Below are positions 1 through 8,988 of a stretch of DNA of 20,828 nt, piece by piece. The notes below the pieces were generated by a model. That model searched no databases, had not been told where the DNA came from, and saw only the letters and a list, made by a program, of their open reading frames with translations. Both the position numbers and the translations under genes were made by a program. The number at the start of each line of letters is the position of its first letter. The stretch's first letter is position 1. The DNA comes from Candidatus Methylomirabilia bacterium (GTDB taxonomy: Bacteria > Methylomirabilota > Methylomirabilia > Rokubacteriales > CSP1-6): NCBI GenBank assembly GCA_041496385.1, contig JBGQEL010000073.1:1-20828 (forward strand), in the 5' to 3' direction.

Positions 1-2
1 AG

Positions 3-137
3 TTCGACGACACCGGCGAGAACGTCAACGCGATGCCGGCGCTCCTGCAGGTGCAGAACGGCAAGGCGCTGGTGGTGGGCCCGGCGCGCTTCGCCGAGTC
101 GAAGCCGGTGTTCCCCGTTCCCAAGTGGCACGGCTAA
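3..137 (+). CDS. C-terminal fragment (5'-truncated by window edge) of a Liv/HAAT-type ABC substrate-binding protein
   Basis: Frame 3 reads FDDTGENVNAMPALLQVQNGKALVVGPARFAESKPVFPVPKWHG* (TAA 135-137). This resembles the F-D-x-x-G...Q-x-Q-x-G-K...V-x-P tail of branched-chain-type binding proteins, and it lies directly upstream of livH/M/G/F. Confidence 0.75.
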   Translation, partial: FDDTGENVNAMPALLQVQNGKALVVGPARFAESKPVFPVPKWHG

Positions 138-141
138 GCGT

Positions 142-1014
142 CTGACCGAAGTTCTGCTGCAGGCCGTCGTCAGCGGGATCCTGCTCGGCGGCGTCTACGG
201 GCTGGTCGCCTCCGGGCTGTCGCTGATCTTCGGCGTGCTGCGCATCATCAACTTCGCCCACGGGGCCGTGATGATGCTGGGCATGTACACGACCTACTGG
301 CTCTTCACGCTGCTGAAGATCGATCCCTACCTCTCGATCCTCGTGACCGGGCCCGCCTTCTTCGTGCTCGGCATGATCATCCAGCGCCTCGTCATCGAGC
401 CCAACCGCCTCGCCGCCGAGCACAACCAGCTCATGCTCACGCTGGGGCTGGCGCTCTTTCTCGAGAACCTGGCGCTGGTGCTCTGGCAGGGCGACTTCCG
501 CACGGTGCGCCCGGCCTACGCCGGCGCCTCGTTCGTGCTGGGCGAGGCGCTGGTGGAGGTGCCGCGGCTGGTCGCCTGCGGCGGCGCCGTCGTGATGGCG
601 CTGGCGCTCTTCGCCTTCTTGAAAACCACCGACGTGGGCAAGGCGATCCGCGCGCTGGCCGAGGAGCCGGAGGGCGCCATGCTCATGGGCATCGACGTCG
701 GCCGCATCCGCGCGGTGGCCTTCGGCATCGGCTCGGGCTGCGTGGCGGTGGCCGGCGCGCTGGTGACGCCGTTCTTCTACGTCGCGCCCGACGTGGGCGA
801 GTCGTTCAACATCATGGCGTTCGTGGTGGTCGTGCTGGGCGGGATGGGCAACTTCGTGGGCGCGCTGCTGGGCGGCTTCATCGTGGGGCTGGCCGAGTCG
901 CTCGGCGCCACGCTCTTGCCCGGCTCGCTCAAGCAGCTGGTCGTCTTCGCGCTGTTCGTCCTCGTGCTGCTCTTCCGGCCGGCCGGGCTGTTCGGAGGCG
1001 GGCGTGGCCGCTGA
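142..1014 (+). CDS. livH: Branched-chain amino acid-type ABC transporter permease (LivH family), ~290 aa
   Basis: Contains IINFAHG, G(K)AIRA and VVVLGGMGN motifs and is hydrophobic throughout. The conserved first helix (LLQAVVSGILLGGVYGLVASGLSLIFGV) lies upstream of the ORF-track start at 235. The start is placed at CTG 142, which is inferred. Confidence 0.9.
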   Translation: MTEVLLQAVVSGILLGGVYGLVASGLSLIFGVLRIINFAHGAVMMLGMYTTYWLFTLLKIDPYLSILVTGPAFFVLGMIIQRLVIEPNRLAAEHNQLMLTLGLALFLENLALVLWQGDFRTVRPAYAGASFVLGEALVEVPRLVACGGAVVMALALFAFLKTTDVGKAIRALAEEPEGAMLMGIDVGRIRAVAFGIGSGCVAVAGALVTPFFYVAPDVGESFNIMAFVVVVLGGMGNFVGALLGGFIVGLAESLGATLLPGSLKQLVVFALFVLVLLFRPAGLFGGGRGR

Positions 1015-1945
1015 GGTCGTCGCGGGCCTGGCGGTCGGCATCCTGCTCGTCGCGCCACCCTTCCTGCCGCCGTACTTCCTCGAGATCCTGATCAGCGTGA
1101 TGCTGTTCGGTTATCTCGGCGCGGCCTGGAACATCCTGGGCGGCTACGCCGGCCAGTTCTCGTTCGGCCACGCCGCCTACTTCGGCATCGGCGCCTACAC
1201 CTCCACGCTGCTCTTCCTCACGTTCGGTCTCACGCCGTGGCTCGGCATGCTGGCCGGGGGCGTGCTGGCCGCCGCCTTCGGGCTCTTCGCCGGCTATCTC
1301 TCGTTCCGCTACGGGCTGCGCGGGCCGTACTTCTCGCTCGTCACGCTGGCCTTCGCGGAGATGCTGCGGGTCATCGCCGTCAACACAAAGGCGGTGGGCT
1401 CCTCGCTCGGGCTCGTCATCCCCAACCGCGAGCCGGCGCCGCTCAATTTCGTGTTCGCCGGCAAGCTAGCTTATTTCTATGTGATCCTCGCCATGGCGCT
1501 GGCCGCGGTGTGGATCACCCGGCGGCTGGAGCGCAGCAAGCTCGGCTACTCGCTGCTGGCCATCCGCGAGAACGAGGACGCCGCCGAGGCCGCCGGCGTG
1601 GACGCGCTCGGCATGAAGCTGCGGGCGATGGCCCTCTCCTCGTTCCTGACCGCGCTGGGCGGCACGTTCTACGCGCAGTACTTCGCCTACATCGATCCCA
1701 CCATCACGTTCGGCCCGTCAGTGTCCATCCAGGGCCTGCTGCAGGCGATCGTCGGCGGCGCGGGCACCGTGCTGGGCCCGCTGATCGGCGCCTTCGTGCT
1801 CACGCCGGTGTCGGAGCTCTCGCGCGCGGCGATCCGCGGGCGCGCCGGCGTGGACGTCATGCTCTACGGCCTCATGCTGATCCTCGTCATCTCGTTCCTG
1901 CCCAACGGCTTGATGGGCTGGGTACGCCGCCGGCGCCGGGCGTGA
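1004..1945 (+). CDS. livM: Branched-chain amino acid-type ABC transporter permease (LivM family), 313 aa
   Basis: Motifs WNILGGYAGQFSFGHAAYFGIGAY, LRGPYFSLVTLAFAE, AIRENEDAAEAAGV and IVGGAGTVLGP. The GTG start overlaps the livH end. Confidence 0.93.
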   Translation: MAAEVVAGLAVGILLVAPPFLPPYFLEILISVMLFGYLGAAWNILGGYAGQFSFGHAAYFGIGAYTSTLLFLTFGLTPWLGMLAGGVLAAAFGLFAGYLSFRYGLRGPYFSLVTLAFAEMLRVIAVNTKAVGSSLGLVIPNREPAPLNFVFAGKLAYFYVILAMALAAVWITRRLERSKLGYSLLAIRENEDAAEAAGVDALGMKLRAMALSSFLTALGGTFYAQYFAYIDPTITFGPSVSIQGLLQAIVGGAGTVLGPLIGAFVLTPVSELSRAAIRGRAGVDVMLYGLMLILVISFLPNGLMGWVRRRRRA

Positions 1946-2658
1946 TGCTGCTCGAGGCCGACGGCGTCACCAAGCGATTCGGCGGGCTCACCGCGGTGAG
2001 CCGTTTCAGCCTGAGCGTCGGCGCCGGCGAGATCGTCGGCCTCATCGGGCCCAACGGCGCCGGCAAGACGACGGTCTTCAACTTGATCTCGGGCTTCCAG
2101 GCGCCCACCGAGGGCGCCATCCGCTTCAAGGGCGTCTCCATCGTCGGCGCCAAGCCGCACGCCATCTGCCGCCGCGGCCTGGCCCGCACCTTCCAGATCG
2201 TGCAGCCCTTCGTCAATCTCACGACGCTGGAGAACGTGATGGTGGGCGCCTTCAACCGCACCGACGACGTGGGCGCCGCCCGCGCGCGGGCCGTCGAGAT
2301 CCTGGACTTCGTCGGCCTGACCGGCCGGCGCGACGCGCCGGCCCGCGAGCTGACGCTGCCCGATCGCAAGCGCCTGGAGATGGCGCGCGGCCTCGCCACG
2401 CGGCCCGAGCTGCTCCTGCTCGACGAGGTCATGTCGGGGCTGAACCCGACGGAGATCGAGGAGATCATCGGCCTCATCCGTCGCATCCACGCCCAGGGCG
2501 TGAGCCTGCTCATCATCGAGCACGTGATGCGCGCCATCATGGCGCTCTCCCAGCGCATCGTGGTGCTTCACCACGGCGAGCAGATCGCCCAGGGCCGGCC
2601 CGAGGACGTCGCGCGCGATCCCAGGGTGATCGGGGCCTACCTGGGGGAACAATCGTGA
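1945..2658 (+). CDS. livG: ABC transporter ATP-binding protein (LivG family), ~237 aa
   Basis: MLLEADGVTKRFGGL start, Walker A GPNGAGKTT, RTFQ Q-loop, Walker B LLLLDE, IEH and C-terminal AYLG. ATG overlaps the livM stop (TGATG); GTG 1942 is an alternative start. Confidence 0.95.
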   Translation: MLLEADGVTKRFGGLTAVSRFSLSVGAGEIVGLIGPNGAGKTTVFNLISGFQAPTEGAIRFKGVSIVGAKPHAICRRGLARTFQIVQPFVNLTTLENVMVGAFNRTDDVGAARARAVEILDFVGLTGRRDAPARELTLPDRKRLEMARGLATRPELLLLDEVMSGLNPTEIEEIIGLIRRIHAQGVSLLIIEHVMRAIMALSQRIVVLHHGEQIAQGRPEDVARDPRVIGAYLGEQS

Positions 2659-3365
2659 GCCTGCTCGAGCTCTCCGCCGTCGACGTCGCCTACGGCGACC
2701 TGCCGGCGCTGCGCGACGTGAACGTGTTCGTCGAGGCCGGCGAGACGCTGTCGGTGGTGGGCGCCAACGGCGCCGGCAAGACCACGATGCTGCGCACGAT
2801 CTCCGGCCTCCTGCGGCCGCGCCGCGGCGAGGTGCGCTTCGAGGGCGAGCGGATCGACCGCCTGCCCTGCCACCGGGTGGTGGAGCGCGGCGTGGTCCAC
2901 GTGCCCGAGGGCCGCAAGATCTTCCCCAGCCTCGCCGTGCGGGAAAACCTCGAGCTCGGCTCCTACACGCGCGCGGCCAAGGCCCGGCGGGCCGACAGCC
3001 TCGAGCGGGTCTTCACGCTCTTCCCGCGGCTGCGCGAGCGGGTGGGGCAGGCGGCCGGCACGCTGTCGGGGGGCGAGCAGCAGATGCTCGCGATCGGGCG
3101 CGCGCTCATGGCGCTGCCCAAGCTGCTCATGCTCGACGAGCCCTCGCTCGGCCTGGCGCCGCTGCTCGTGCAGGAGATCTTCACGATCATCGGCCAGATC
3201 AACCGCGCCGGCGTGACCGTGCTGCTGGTGGAGCAGAACACGCGCCAGGCACTGGCGCTCTCGCGCCGCGGCTACGTGCTGGAAAACGGCCGCGTCGCGC
3301 TGGTCGGCAGCGGCGAGGAGCTGCTCGGCAACGAGCACGTCCGCCGCGCCTATCTGGGCCTGTGA
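2655..3365 (+). CDS. livF: ABC transporter ATP-binding protein (LivF family), 236 aa
   Basis: Walker A GANGAGKTT, VPEGRKIF, LSGGEQQMLAIGRALM, LDEPSLGLAP and VEQN. GTGA overlap with livG. Confidence 0.96.
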   Translation: MSLLELSAVDVAYGDLPALRDVNVFVEAGETLSVVGANGAGKTTMLRTISGLLRPRRGEVRFEGERIDRLPCHRVVERGVVHVPEGRKIFPSLAVRENLELGSYTRAAKARRADSLERVFTLFPRLRERVGQAAGTLSGGEQQMLAIGRALMALPKLLMLDEPSLGLAPLLVQEIFTIIGQINRAGVTVLLVEQNTRQALALSRRGYVLENGRVALVGSGEELLGNEHVRRAYLGL

Positions 3366-4777
3366 CGCCCGCGCCGACCGACGCGACGCTGACCGACGTC
3401 GCCGCCGCCATCCGCGCGCGGCAGGTGTCGCCCCTCGAGGTCGTCACGGCGTACCTCGCGCGCATCGAGCGCCTCGATCCCGGACTGCGCGCCTTCATCA
3501 CGCTCGACGCCGCCGGCGCGCTGGCGACGGCCCGGGCGCTCGAGGCCGAGGCGGCGGCGGGGCGCTGGCGCGGACCGCTGCACGGCGTGCCGCTCGGCTA
3601 CAAGGATCTCTGCGCGGTGCCCGGCCTGCCGTCCTCCGGTGGCTCGCGCACGCGCGACTACTTCCAGAGCCCGCACCCGTGCACGGCGGTCCAGCGCCTG
3701 GCCGCCGCCGGCGCCGTCACGCTCGGCACGCTCAACATGACGGAGTTCGCGCTGGGGCCGTTCGGCGACAACGCGCACCACGGCGATCCGCAGAACCCGT
3801 GGCGGGCCGGGCACGTGTCCGGCGGCTCCTCGAGCGGCTCCGGCGTCGCGGTGGCGGCGGGGCTCGTGGCCGGCGCGCTGGGCAGCGACACCGGCGGCTC
3901 CATCCGGCTGCCGGCCGCGTGCTGCGGCATCGTGGGACTCAAGCCGACGTACGGCCGCGTCAGCCGGGCCGGCGTCATGCCGCTCTCATGGACGATGGAC
4001 CACCTGGGGCCGATGGCGCGCACGGTGCGCGACGTGGCGCTCATGCTGGGTGTCGTCGCCGGCCACGATCCGCTCGACGCCACCTCCAGCGCCCGCGCGG
4101 TGCCCGACTACGTGGCGGCGCTGGACGGCCCGCTGGCCGGCCTTCGCGCGGCGCTGCCGTCGGCGCACTTCGACGAGGGCGTCGAGCCCGAGGTGGCGGC
4201 GGCGTTCGCGGCGGCGCTGCGCGTGCTCGAGCAGTGTGGCGCGCGGGTCGTGCCCGTGCGCGTGCCCGATCCGAGGACGGTGACCGCCTGCAACAATGCG
4301 ATCGTGCGCAGCGAGTGCGCGGCCGTGCACGCGCGCGTGCTGCGCGAGCGTCCCGAGGACCTGCAGCCGGTCGTCCGCAGCCGCGCCGAGGCGGGCTTCG
4401 CCGTGAGCGCGGTGGAGTACATCCAGGCGCTGCGGCTGCGGGCCGAGGTCACCCGCGAGTTCATCGCGGCCGTCTTCGCCGAGGCCGACGTGCTGGTCAC
4501 GCCGACGGCCGCGGAGCCGGCGCCGACCTACGAGGCGGTCAAGGCGGGGAGGGTGGCCGACGTCGTCGCGCGGATGAGCGCGTTCACCCGCTTCACGCGC
4601 GTGTTCAACACGGTCGGGCTGCCGGCGCTCTCGCTGCCGTGCGGCTTCACGGCGGCCGGGCTGCCGGTGGCGCTCCAGATCGTCGGGCGGCCGTTCGACG
4701 AGGCCACCGTGCTGCGCATCGGGCACGCCTACGAGCAGGCGACCGACTGGCACCGGCGGCGGCCGGCGCTGCCGTGA
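3362..4777 (+). CDS. Amidase signature family protein (GatA-like fold, substrate unknown), 471 aa
   Basis: GPLHGVPLGYKDL (catalytic Lys), GGSSSGS and GSDTGGSIRLPAACCGIVGLKPTYGRVS give an intact Ser-cisSer-Lys triad. GTGA overlap with livF. Confidence 0.93.
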   Translation: MTPAPTDATLTDVAAAIRARQVSPLEVVTAYLARIERLDPGLRAFITLDAAGALATARALEAEAAAGRWRGPLHGVPLGYKDLCAVPGLPSSGGSRTRDYFQSPHPCTAVQRLAAAGAVTLGTLNMTEFALGPFGDNAHHGDPQNPWRAGHVSGGSSSGSGVAVAAGLVAGALGSDTGGSIRLPAACCGIVGLKPTYGRVSRAGVMPLSWTMDHLGPMARTVRDVALMLGVVAGHDPLDATSSARAVPDYVAALDGPLAGLRAALPSAHFDEGVEPEVAAAFAAALRVLEQCGARVVPVRVPDPRTVTACNNAIVRSECAAVHARVLRERPEDLQPVVRSRAEAGFAVSAVEYIQALRLRAEVTREFIAAVFAEADVLVTPTAAEPAPTYEAVKAGRVADVVARMSAFTRFTRVFNTVGLPALSLPCGFTAAGLPVALQIVGRPFDEATVLRIGHAYEQATDWHRRRPALP

Positions 4778-4860
4778 CGCGTCGGCCCCTTGCCGGGCGC
4801 GGGGAAGTGTGAGATGAAAGCGGCGCTCCGGCCGCGGACGGCCCGGACAGGGGAGGCTCA

Positions 4861-5877
4861 ATGACACGCTGGCTGTCGAGATGCGTCATCGCCATCGCCA
4901 TCGTCCTTCTCGCCGCGCTGGCGGTCCCCGCCGCGGCGCAACCCAAGCCGGTGGCCTGGGACATGGTGATGAACGTCGGCCTCACGCACTTCGTCGGCAC
5001 CGTCGAGAAGGAATTCGTCGAGGACGTGAGCAAGCGCACCAACGGCGGGCTCGTCGTGACGCTGCGCCCGCCCGGCGAGCTGCCCTACAAGCTGACCGAC
5101 TACCTGCGCGCCGTCGGCAAGGGCGACGTGCAGAGCTGCGACGTCTACATGGGCTTCATCGCCGGCGACACCAAGCTGGGCGTGCTCACGGGCCTGCCGT
5201 TCCTGGTGGCCACCGCCGACGAGCTGAAGAAGGTGATGCCCGCGCTGGAGCCGATGATCCGCGAGGACTTCGCGCGGTTCGGCGCCGACATCCTCACCTG
5301 GTACACGTGGCCGGAGCAGAACTTCTTCGGCCGCGGCAAGCCGATCACGACGCTCGATGACTTCAAGGGCCGCAAGATCCGCACGACGAGCCCCGAGCAG
5401 TCGGAGATGCTCAAGCGCCTGGGCGCCATCCCGGTGTCGCTCACCGCGCCCGAGGTCCCCAGCGCCGCCCAGCGCGGGATCATGGACGCCGTGATGACGG
5501 CCGGCTTCAACCTGCTCTTCTCCAAGTGGTACGAGTTCACGGAGTGGGCCTACCTGCCGGACATCCACATCGGCGGCCCCGCCTACATCCTGGTCAACAA
5601 GGCCGCGCTCGCCTCGCTCACGCCCGAGGTGCGCAAGGGGCTCCAGGACGCGGCCCAGGCGTTCCAGGCCAAGATGCTCAGGGAGATCCCGGCCCGCGAG
5701 CAGTCGGATCTCAAGACGCTCGAGCAGGAGCACAAGATCAAGCTCTACAAGGCCAACCCCGCCGACGTGGCCAAGATGCGCAAGATGATGGAGCCGTACT
5801 GGGACGAGTGGGCGAAGCAGGGTGGTCCCAAGACCACGGAGGCCGTCGCGCAGGTCAGGAAAACGCTCGGCCGGTAG
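4861..5877 (+). CDS. dctP: TRAP transporter substrate-binding protein (DctP family), 338 aa
   Basis: RBS GGGAGG 4851-4856, Sec-type signal peptide ending AVPAAA-Q, and DFKGRKIR with the conserved carboxylate-binding Arg. Followed by dctQ and dctM. Confidence 0.9.
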   Translation: MTRWLSRCVIAIAIVLLAALAVPAAAQPKPVAWDMVMNVGLTHFVGTVEKEFVEDVSKRTNGGLVVTLRPPGELPYKLTDYLRAVGKGDVQSCDVYMGFIAGDTKLGVLTGLPFLVATADELKKVMPALEPMIREDFARFGADILTWYTWPEQNFFGRGKPITTLDDFKGRKIRTTSPEQSEMLKRLGAIPVSLTAPEVPSAAQRGIMDAVMTAGFNLLFSKWYEFTEWAYLPDIHIGGPAYILVNKAALASLTPEVRKGLQDAAQAFQAKMLREIPAREQSDLKTLEQEHKIKLYKANPADVAKMRKMMEPYWDEWAKQGGPKTTEAVAQVRKTLGR

Positions 5878-5890
5878 TCGCGTGCCGTCC

Positions 5891-6415
5891 ATGACGCGCA
5901 CGCTGACCACGGTCGCGGATCGCGTCGCCGCCGTCGCCGGCGTCGTCAGCGGTGCGGCGGTGGTGGCGATGACCGCGCTCGTCACGGTCGAGGTGCTGAG
6001 CCGCGACCTGTTCAACGTCTCCACGCTCATCGCCGACGAGATGTCGGGCTACCTGCTGGTGGCGCTGACCTTCCTCGGGCTGGCGCCCACACTGCGCAAC
6101 GGCGGCTTCATCCGGATCGACACCTACCGCGCGCGGCTGCGCGGCCGCGCCCGCCTGGCGCTCGAGCTCGCCATCCATCTGCTGGCAGTCGGCTATGCCG
6201 TGCTGCTCGACTGGTATCTCTGGCGCCTCGCGCTGGACGCCTGGCGGCTCGGCACCACGTCCATCCAGGTCTCGCGCACCCCGCTCTGGATTCCCCAGAT
6301 GTGCATGGCGGTCGGCGGTCTCTTGCTCGTGTTCGACCTGCTGGCCCGGCTCGTGGTCGTGCTCGCCGGCGGGTCGGCCGACGGCGACGCACCGGCGACG
6401 AGCCCCGAGCTGTGA
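5891..6415 (+). CDS. dctQ: TRAP transporter small permease (DctQ family), ~174 aa
   Basis: Four hydrophobic segments, EVLSR..FN.S...ADEMSGY, IRID and PLWIPQ motifs. ATG 5891 chosen (GTG 5882 alternative); the ORF-track start at 5822 lies inside dctP. Confidence 0.88.
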   Translation: MTRTLTTVADRVAAVAGVVSGAAVVAMTALVTVEVLSRDLFNVSTLIADEMSGYLLVALTFLGLAPTLRNGGFIRIDTYRARLRGRARLALELAIHLLAVGYAVLLDWYLWRLALDAWRLGTTSIQVSRTPLWIPQMCMAVGGLLLVFDLLARLVVVLAGGSADGDAPATSPEL

Positions 6416-6428
6416 GCGCGCGTGCGCG

Positions 6429-7736
6429 ATGAGCTGGGAAGTCGTCCTCCTGCTCGTGACGGGCTTGCTGGTGGTCCTGCTGCTCTCCGGGCTCTGGATC
6501 GCCTTCGGCCTCGGCATCGCCGGGGTCGTGGTGCTCGTGCTGTGGGGCGGGCCGGCCACGCTGTCGACGCTGGGACCGATCGCCTGGAACACGGTGGAGA
6601 GCTTCGTGCTGACCTCGGTGCCGCTGTTCATCCTGATGGGCGAGGTCATCCTGCGCGCCGGGCTCAGCGACGGGTTCTATCGCAGCATGGGCGTCTGGTT
6701 CCGCGGGCTCCGGGGCGGGCTGCTGCAGTCCAACATCGTCGCGTGCGCGATCTTCGCCGCCGTCAGCGGCTCCAGCGTGGCGACGGCGGCGGCCATCGGA
6801 ACCGTCGCCATCCCGGAGATGATCAAGCGCGGCTACGAGCGGAAGATCCTGTTCGGCAGCCTGGCGGCCGGCGGCACGCTCGGCATCCTCATTCCACCGT
6901 CGATCCCGATGATCATCTACGCGGCGCTCGTCGAGCAGTCGGTGGAGCGGCTCTTCATCGCGGGCGTGCTGCCCGGCATCGTGATGTCGCTGGTGTTCAT
7001 GGCGTACATCTGGGTCCACGTGACGCTGCGGCCGGGGCTCGTCCCCACGGAGGAGGCGCGCGTGACCTGGGCCGAGCGCCTCGGGGCCGCCGCCGGCGTG
7101 GGTCCGATGGCGCTGCTGATCCTGCTCGTGCTCGGCAGCATCTGGCTCGGCTACGCGACGCCGACCGAGGCGGCCGCCGTCGGCGCCTCCGCCGCGATCG
7201 GGCTCAGCCTGCTCGCGCGGCGGTTCACGTGGCGCGTGTTCGTGGACAGCGTGGCCAGCACCGTGCGCACCACCTGCATGGTGCTCTTCATCATCGTGGG
7301 CGCGCAGGTCCTGTCCTACGCGCTCGTCCGCACGGGCGCCAGCCGCGCGCTCACCGCCTGGGTGGTGGGAATGGGGCTGTCGCGCTGGGTGCTCTTCGCG
7401 ATCATCATCCTGCTCTACGTCTTCCTCGGGTGCATCATCGACGGCGTGTCGATGATGGTGCTGACGCTGCCGATCCTCTACCCGATCGTGGTGGCGGCCG
7501 GCTTCGATCCGATCTGGTTCGGCATCGTGCTGGTCATCATGATCGAGCTGGGCGGCATCACGCCGCCCGTCGGCCTCAACATGTTCGTCATCCAAGGTCT
7601 CTCGGGCGGGCGCCCCATGAGCGAGGTCGTGTGGGGCTCGCTGCCCTTCGGCGTGATGATGCTCGTCGTGCTCGTCCTGATCTCGTTCTTCCCGGAGCTG
7701 GTGACGTGGCTGCCCACGCACCTGGTCCGCCGGTGA
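6429..7736 (+). CDS. dctM: TRAP transporter large permease (DctM family), 435 aa
   Basis: Motifs VPLFILMGE, FAAVSGSSVATAAAIG, GGTLGILIPPSIPMIIY, TPTEAAAVG and DPIWFGI...ITPPVGLN. ATG at 6429. Confidence 0.95.
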   Translation: MSWEVVLLLVTGLLVVLLLSGLWIAFGLGIAGVVVLVLWGGPATLSTLGPIAWNTVESFVLTSVPLFILMGEVILRAGLSDGFYRSMGVWFRGLRGGLLQSNIVACAIFAAVSGSSVATAAAIGTVAIPEMIKRGYERKILFGSLAAGGTLGILIPPSIPMIIYAALVEQSVERLFIAGVLPGIVMSLVFMAYIWVHVTLRPGLVPTEEARVTWAERLGAAAGVGPMALLILLVLGSIWLGYATPTEAAAVGASAAIGLSLLARRFTWRVFVDSVASTVRTTCMVLFIIVGAQVLSYALVRTGASRALTAWVVGMGLSRWVLFAIIILLYVFLGCIIDGVSMMVLTLPILYPIVVAAGFDPIWFGIVLVIMIELGGITPPVGLNMFVIQGLSGGRPMSEVVWGSLPFGVMMLVVLVLISFFPELVTWLPTHLVRR

Positions 7737-8122
7737 GCGTCCGCCAACTCCGCCCGGAGCGGTCCAGCCTGCGCGCGCTCCTCGCGGCGCCCGGCCTCGT
7801 CGTGGCGCCGGGCGCCTACGACGTGCTCACCGCGCGGCTCGTCGAGCACGCGGGCTTCCCGGCCGTCTACATGACGGGCTCCGGCGTGTCGATCAGCGCG
7901 CTCGGCTTCCCCGACATCGGCTACAAGGTCGTCATCTATCCCAACTCACTCACCCGCATCATGGCCCGCGCCGGGCAGCGCGTGCTCGACGAGCTGAAGC
8001 GGGCGGGCACGACGAGCGGGTTGGCCGCCGACATGCTCACGCACGGCGAGCTGTGGGATCTCTTCGGCCGGCGCGAGTGGGAGCGGCTCGAGGCGAAGTT
8101 CGTCACCGGGAAGGAGCTCTGA
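7733..8122 (+). pseudogene. Isocitrate lyase/PEP mutase family (PrpB/dimethylmalate lyase-like) gene with a large in-frame internal deletion, 129 aa remnant
   Basis: The family N-terminus (LRALLAAPGLVVAPGAYDVLTARLVEHAGFPAVYMTGSGVS...GFPDIG) joins directly to the family C-terminus (YKVVIYPNS...LKRAGTT...LEAKF). The DxDxGYG, IEDQ, KxCGH and ARTD motifs are absent. Typical homologs are about 290 aa. Confidence 0.8.
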
Positions 8123-8988
8123 TGTTCGCCGCGCCGCCCGCCGTCGAGACCACCGTCTTCGCCCGCATCCCGGGCGGCCGCCTGCTGGAAGGCCCCTCGT
8201 TCGATCGGCAGGGGCACCTGTGGATCACCGACATCCCGACGGGGCGGATCTTCCGCATCGGCCCCGACGGCACGCCGAAGCAGATCGCCGAGTACGACGG
8301 CGAGCCCAACGGGCTCAAGATCGCCCGGGACGGCCGCATCCTCATCGCCGACCACAAGCAGGGGCTGCTGGCCCTCGATCCCGCGTCGGGCCGCACGAGC
8401 GTGGTGCTCGACCGCCCGTACGGCGAGCGGTTCACGGGGCTCAACGACCTGCTGTTCGCGCGCAACGGCGACCTCTACTTCACCGACCAGGGCGAGTCCG
8501 ATCTGCGCGACGCCAGCGGACGGCTCTATCGGCTGCGCGCGGCCGGCGGGCTCGACTGCCTGCTCGACAACGTGCCCAGTCCCAACGGGCTCGTGCTGAC
8601 GGCGGACGAGGCGATCCTCTATCTGGCCGTCACCCGCGGCAACGCCATCTGGCGCGTGCCGCTGGCCAGCCTGGGCGGGCTCGGCACGGGACGACTCGGA
8701 CTCGGTCGCGTCGGCATCTGGGTGCAGATGTCGGGCGGGATCGGTCCCGACGGCATGGCGATGGACGTCGAGGGACGCGTCGCCGTCGCGCATCCGGGCA
8801 TGGGCTCGGTCTGGGTGTTCGCGCGCACGGGCGAGCCGGTGCGCCGCATCCGCTGCTGTGAGGGCTTGCGCCCGATCAACGTCGCCTACAGCGGCCGCAC
8901 GCTCTACGTCACCGAGGCCGACTCGGCGACCGTCCAGCGCGTCGAGCTCGACGTGCCCGGGCTGCCGCTCTACTCACACCAGGACTAG
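8122..8988 (+). CDS. SMP-30/gluconolactonase/LRE family protein, 288 aa
   Basis: Metal-ligand motifs LEGP, LNDL, PNGL and PDGM, plus LYFTDQG. RBS GGAAGGAG and a TGATG overlap with the preceding remnant gene. Confidence 0.92.
   Translation: MFAAPPAVETTVFARIPGGRLLEGPSFDRQGHLWITDIPTGRIFRIGPDGTPKQIAEYDGEPNGLKIARDGRILIADHKQGLLALDPASGRTSVVLDRPYGERFTGLNDLLFARNGDLYFTDQGESDLRDASGRLYRLRAAGGLDCLLDNVPSPNGLVLTADEAILYLAVTRGNAIWRVPLASLGGLGTGRLGLGRVGIWVQMSGGIGPDGMAMDVEGRVAVAHPGMGSVWVFARTGEPVRRIRCCEGLRPINVAYSGRTLYVTEADSATVQRVELDVPGLPLYSHQD

Noticed and set aside
1237..1944. Apparent 236-aa N-terminal extension of LivG
   Set aside because: Out-of-frame read of livM. The real start is at the TGATG overlap (1945).
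3362..4777. gatA (Glu-tRNA amidotransferase subunit A)
   Set aside because: No gatC/gatB neighbours and a transporter-operon context, so a generic amidase call is better supported.
4778..4860. Internal promoter or terminator before dctP (TTGCCG 4790, TGAGAT 4810)
   Set aside because: Spacing of 14 nt is wrong for sigma70 and there is no hairpin with a U-tract. Not supportable from sequence.
6422..7732. 566-aa ORF suggesting a large fusion to the ICL-family remnant
   Set aside because: The first ~437 codons are a shadow frame of dctM. Family similarity begins at GTG 7733.
25..8793. Long antisense and alternate-frame ORFs (e.g. 25-1041, 4858-6030 and 6108-7721 on minus; 3679-4812 on plus)
   Set aside because: Shadow ORFs expected in high-GC DNA. 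They are Arg/Ala/Gly/His-rich, have no motifs, and overlap well-supported genes.
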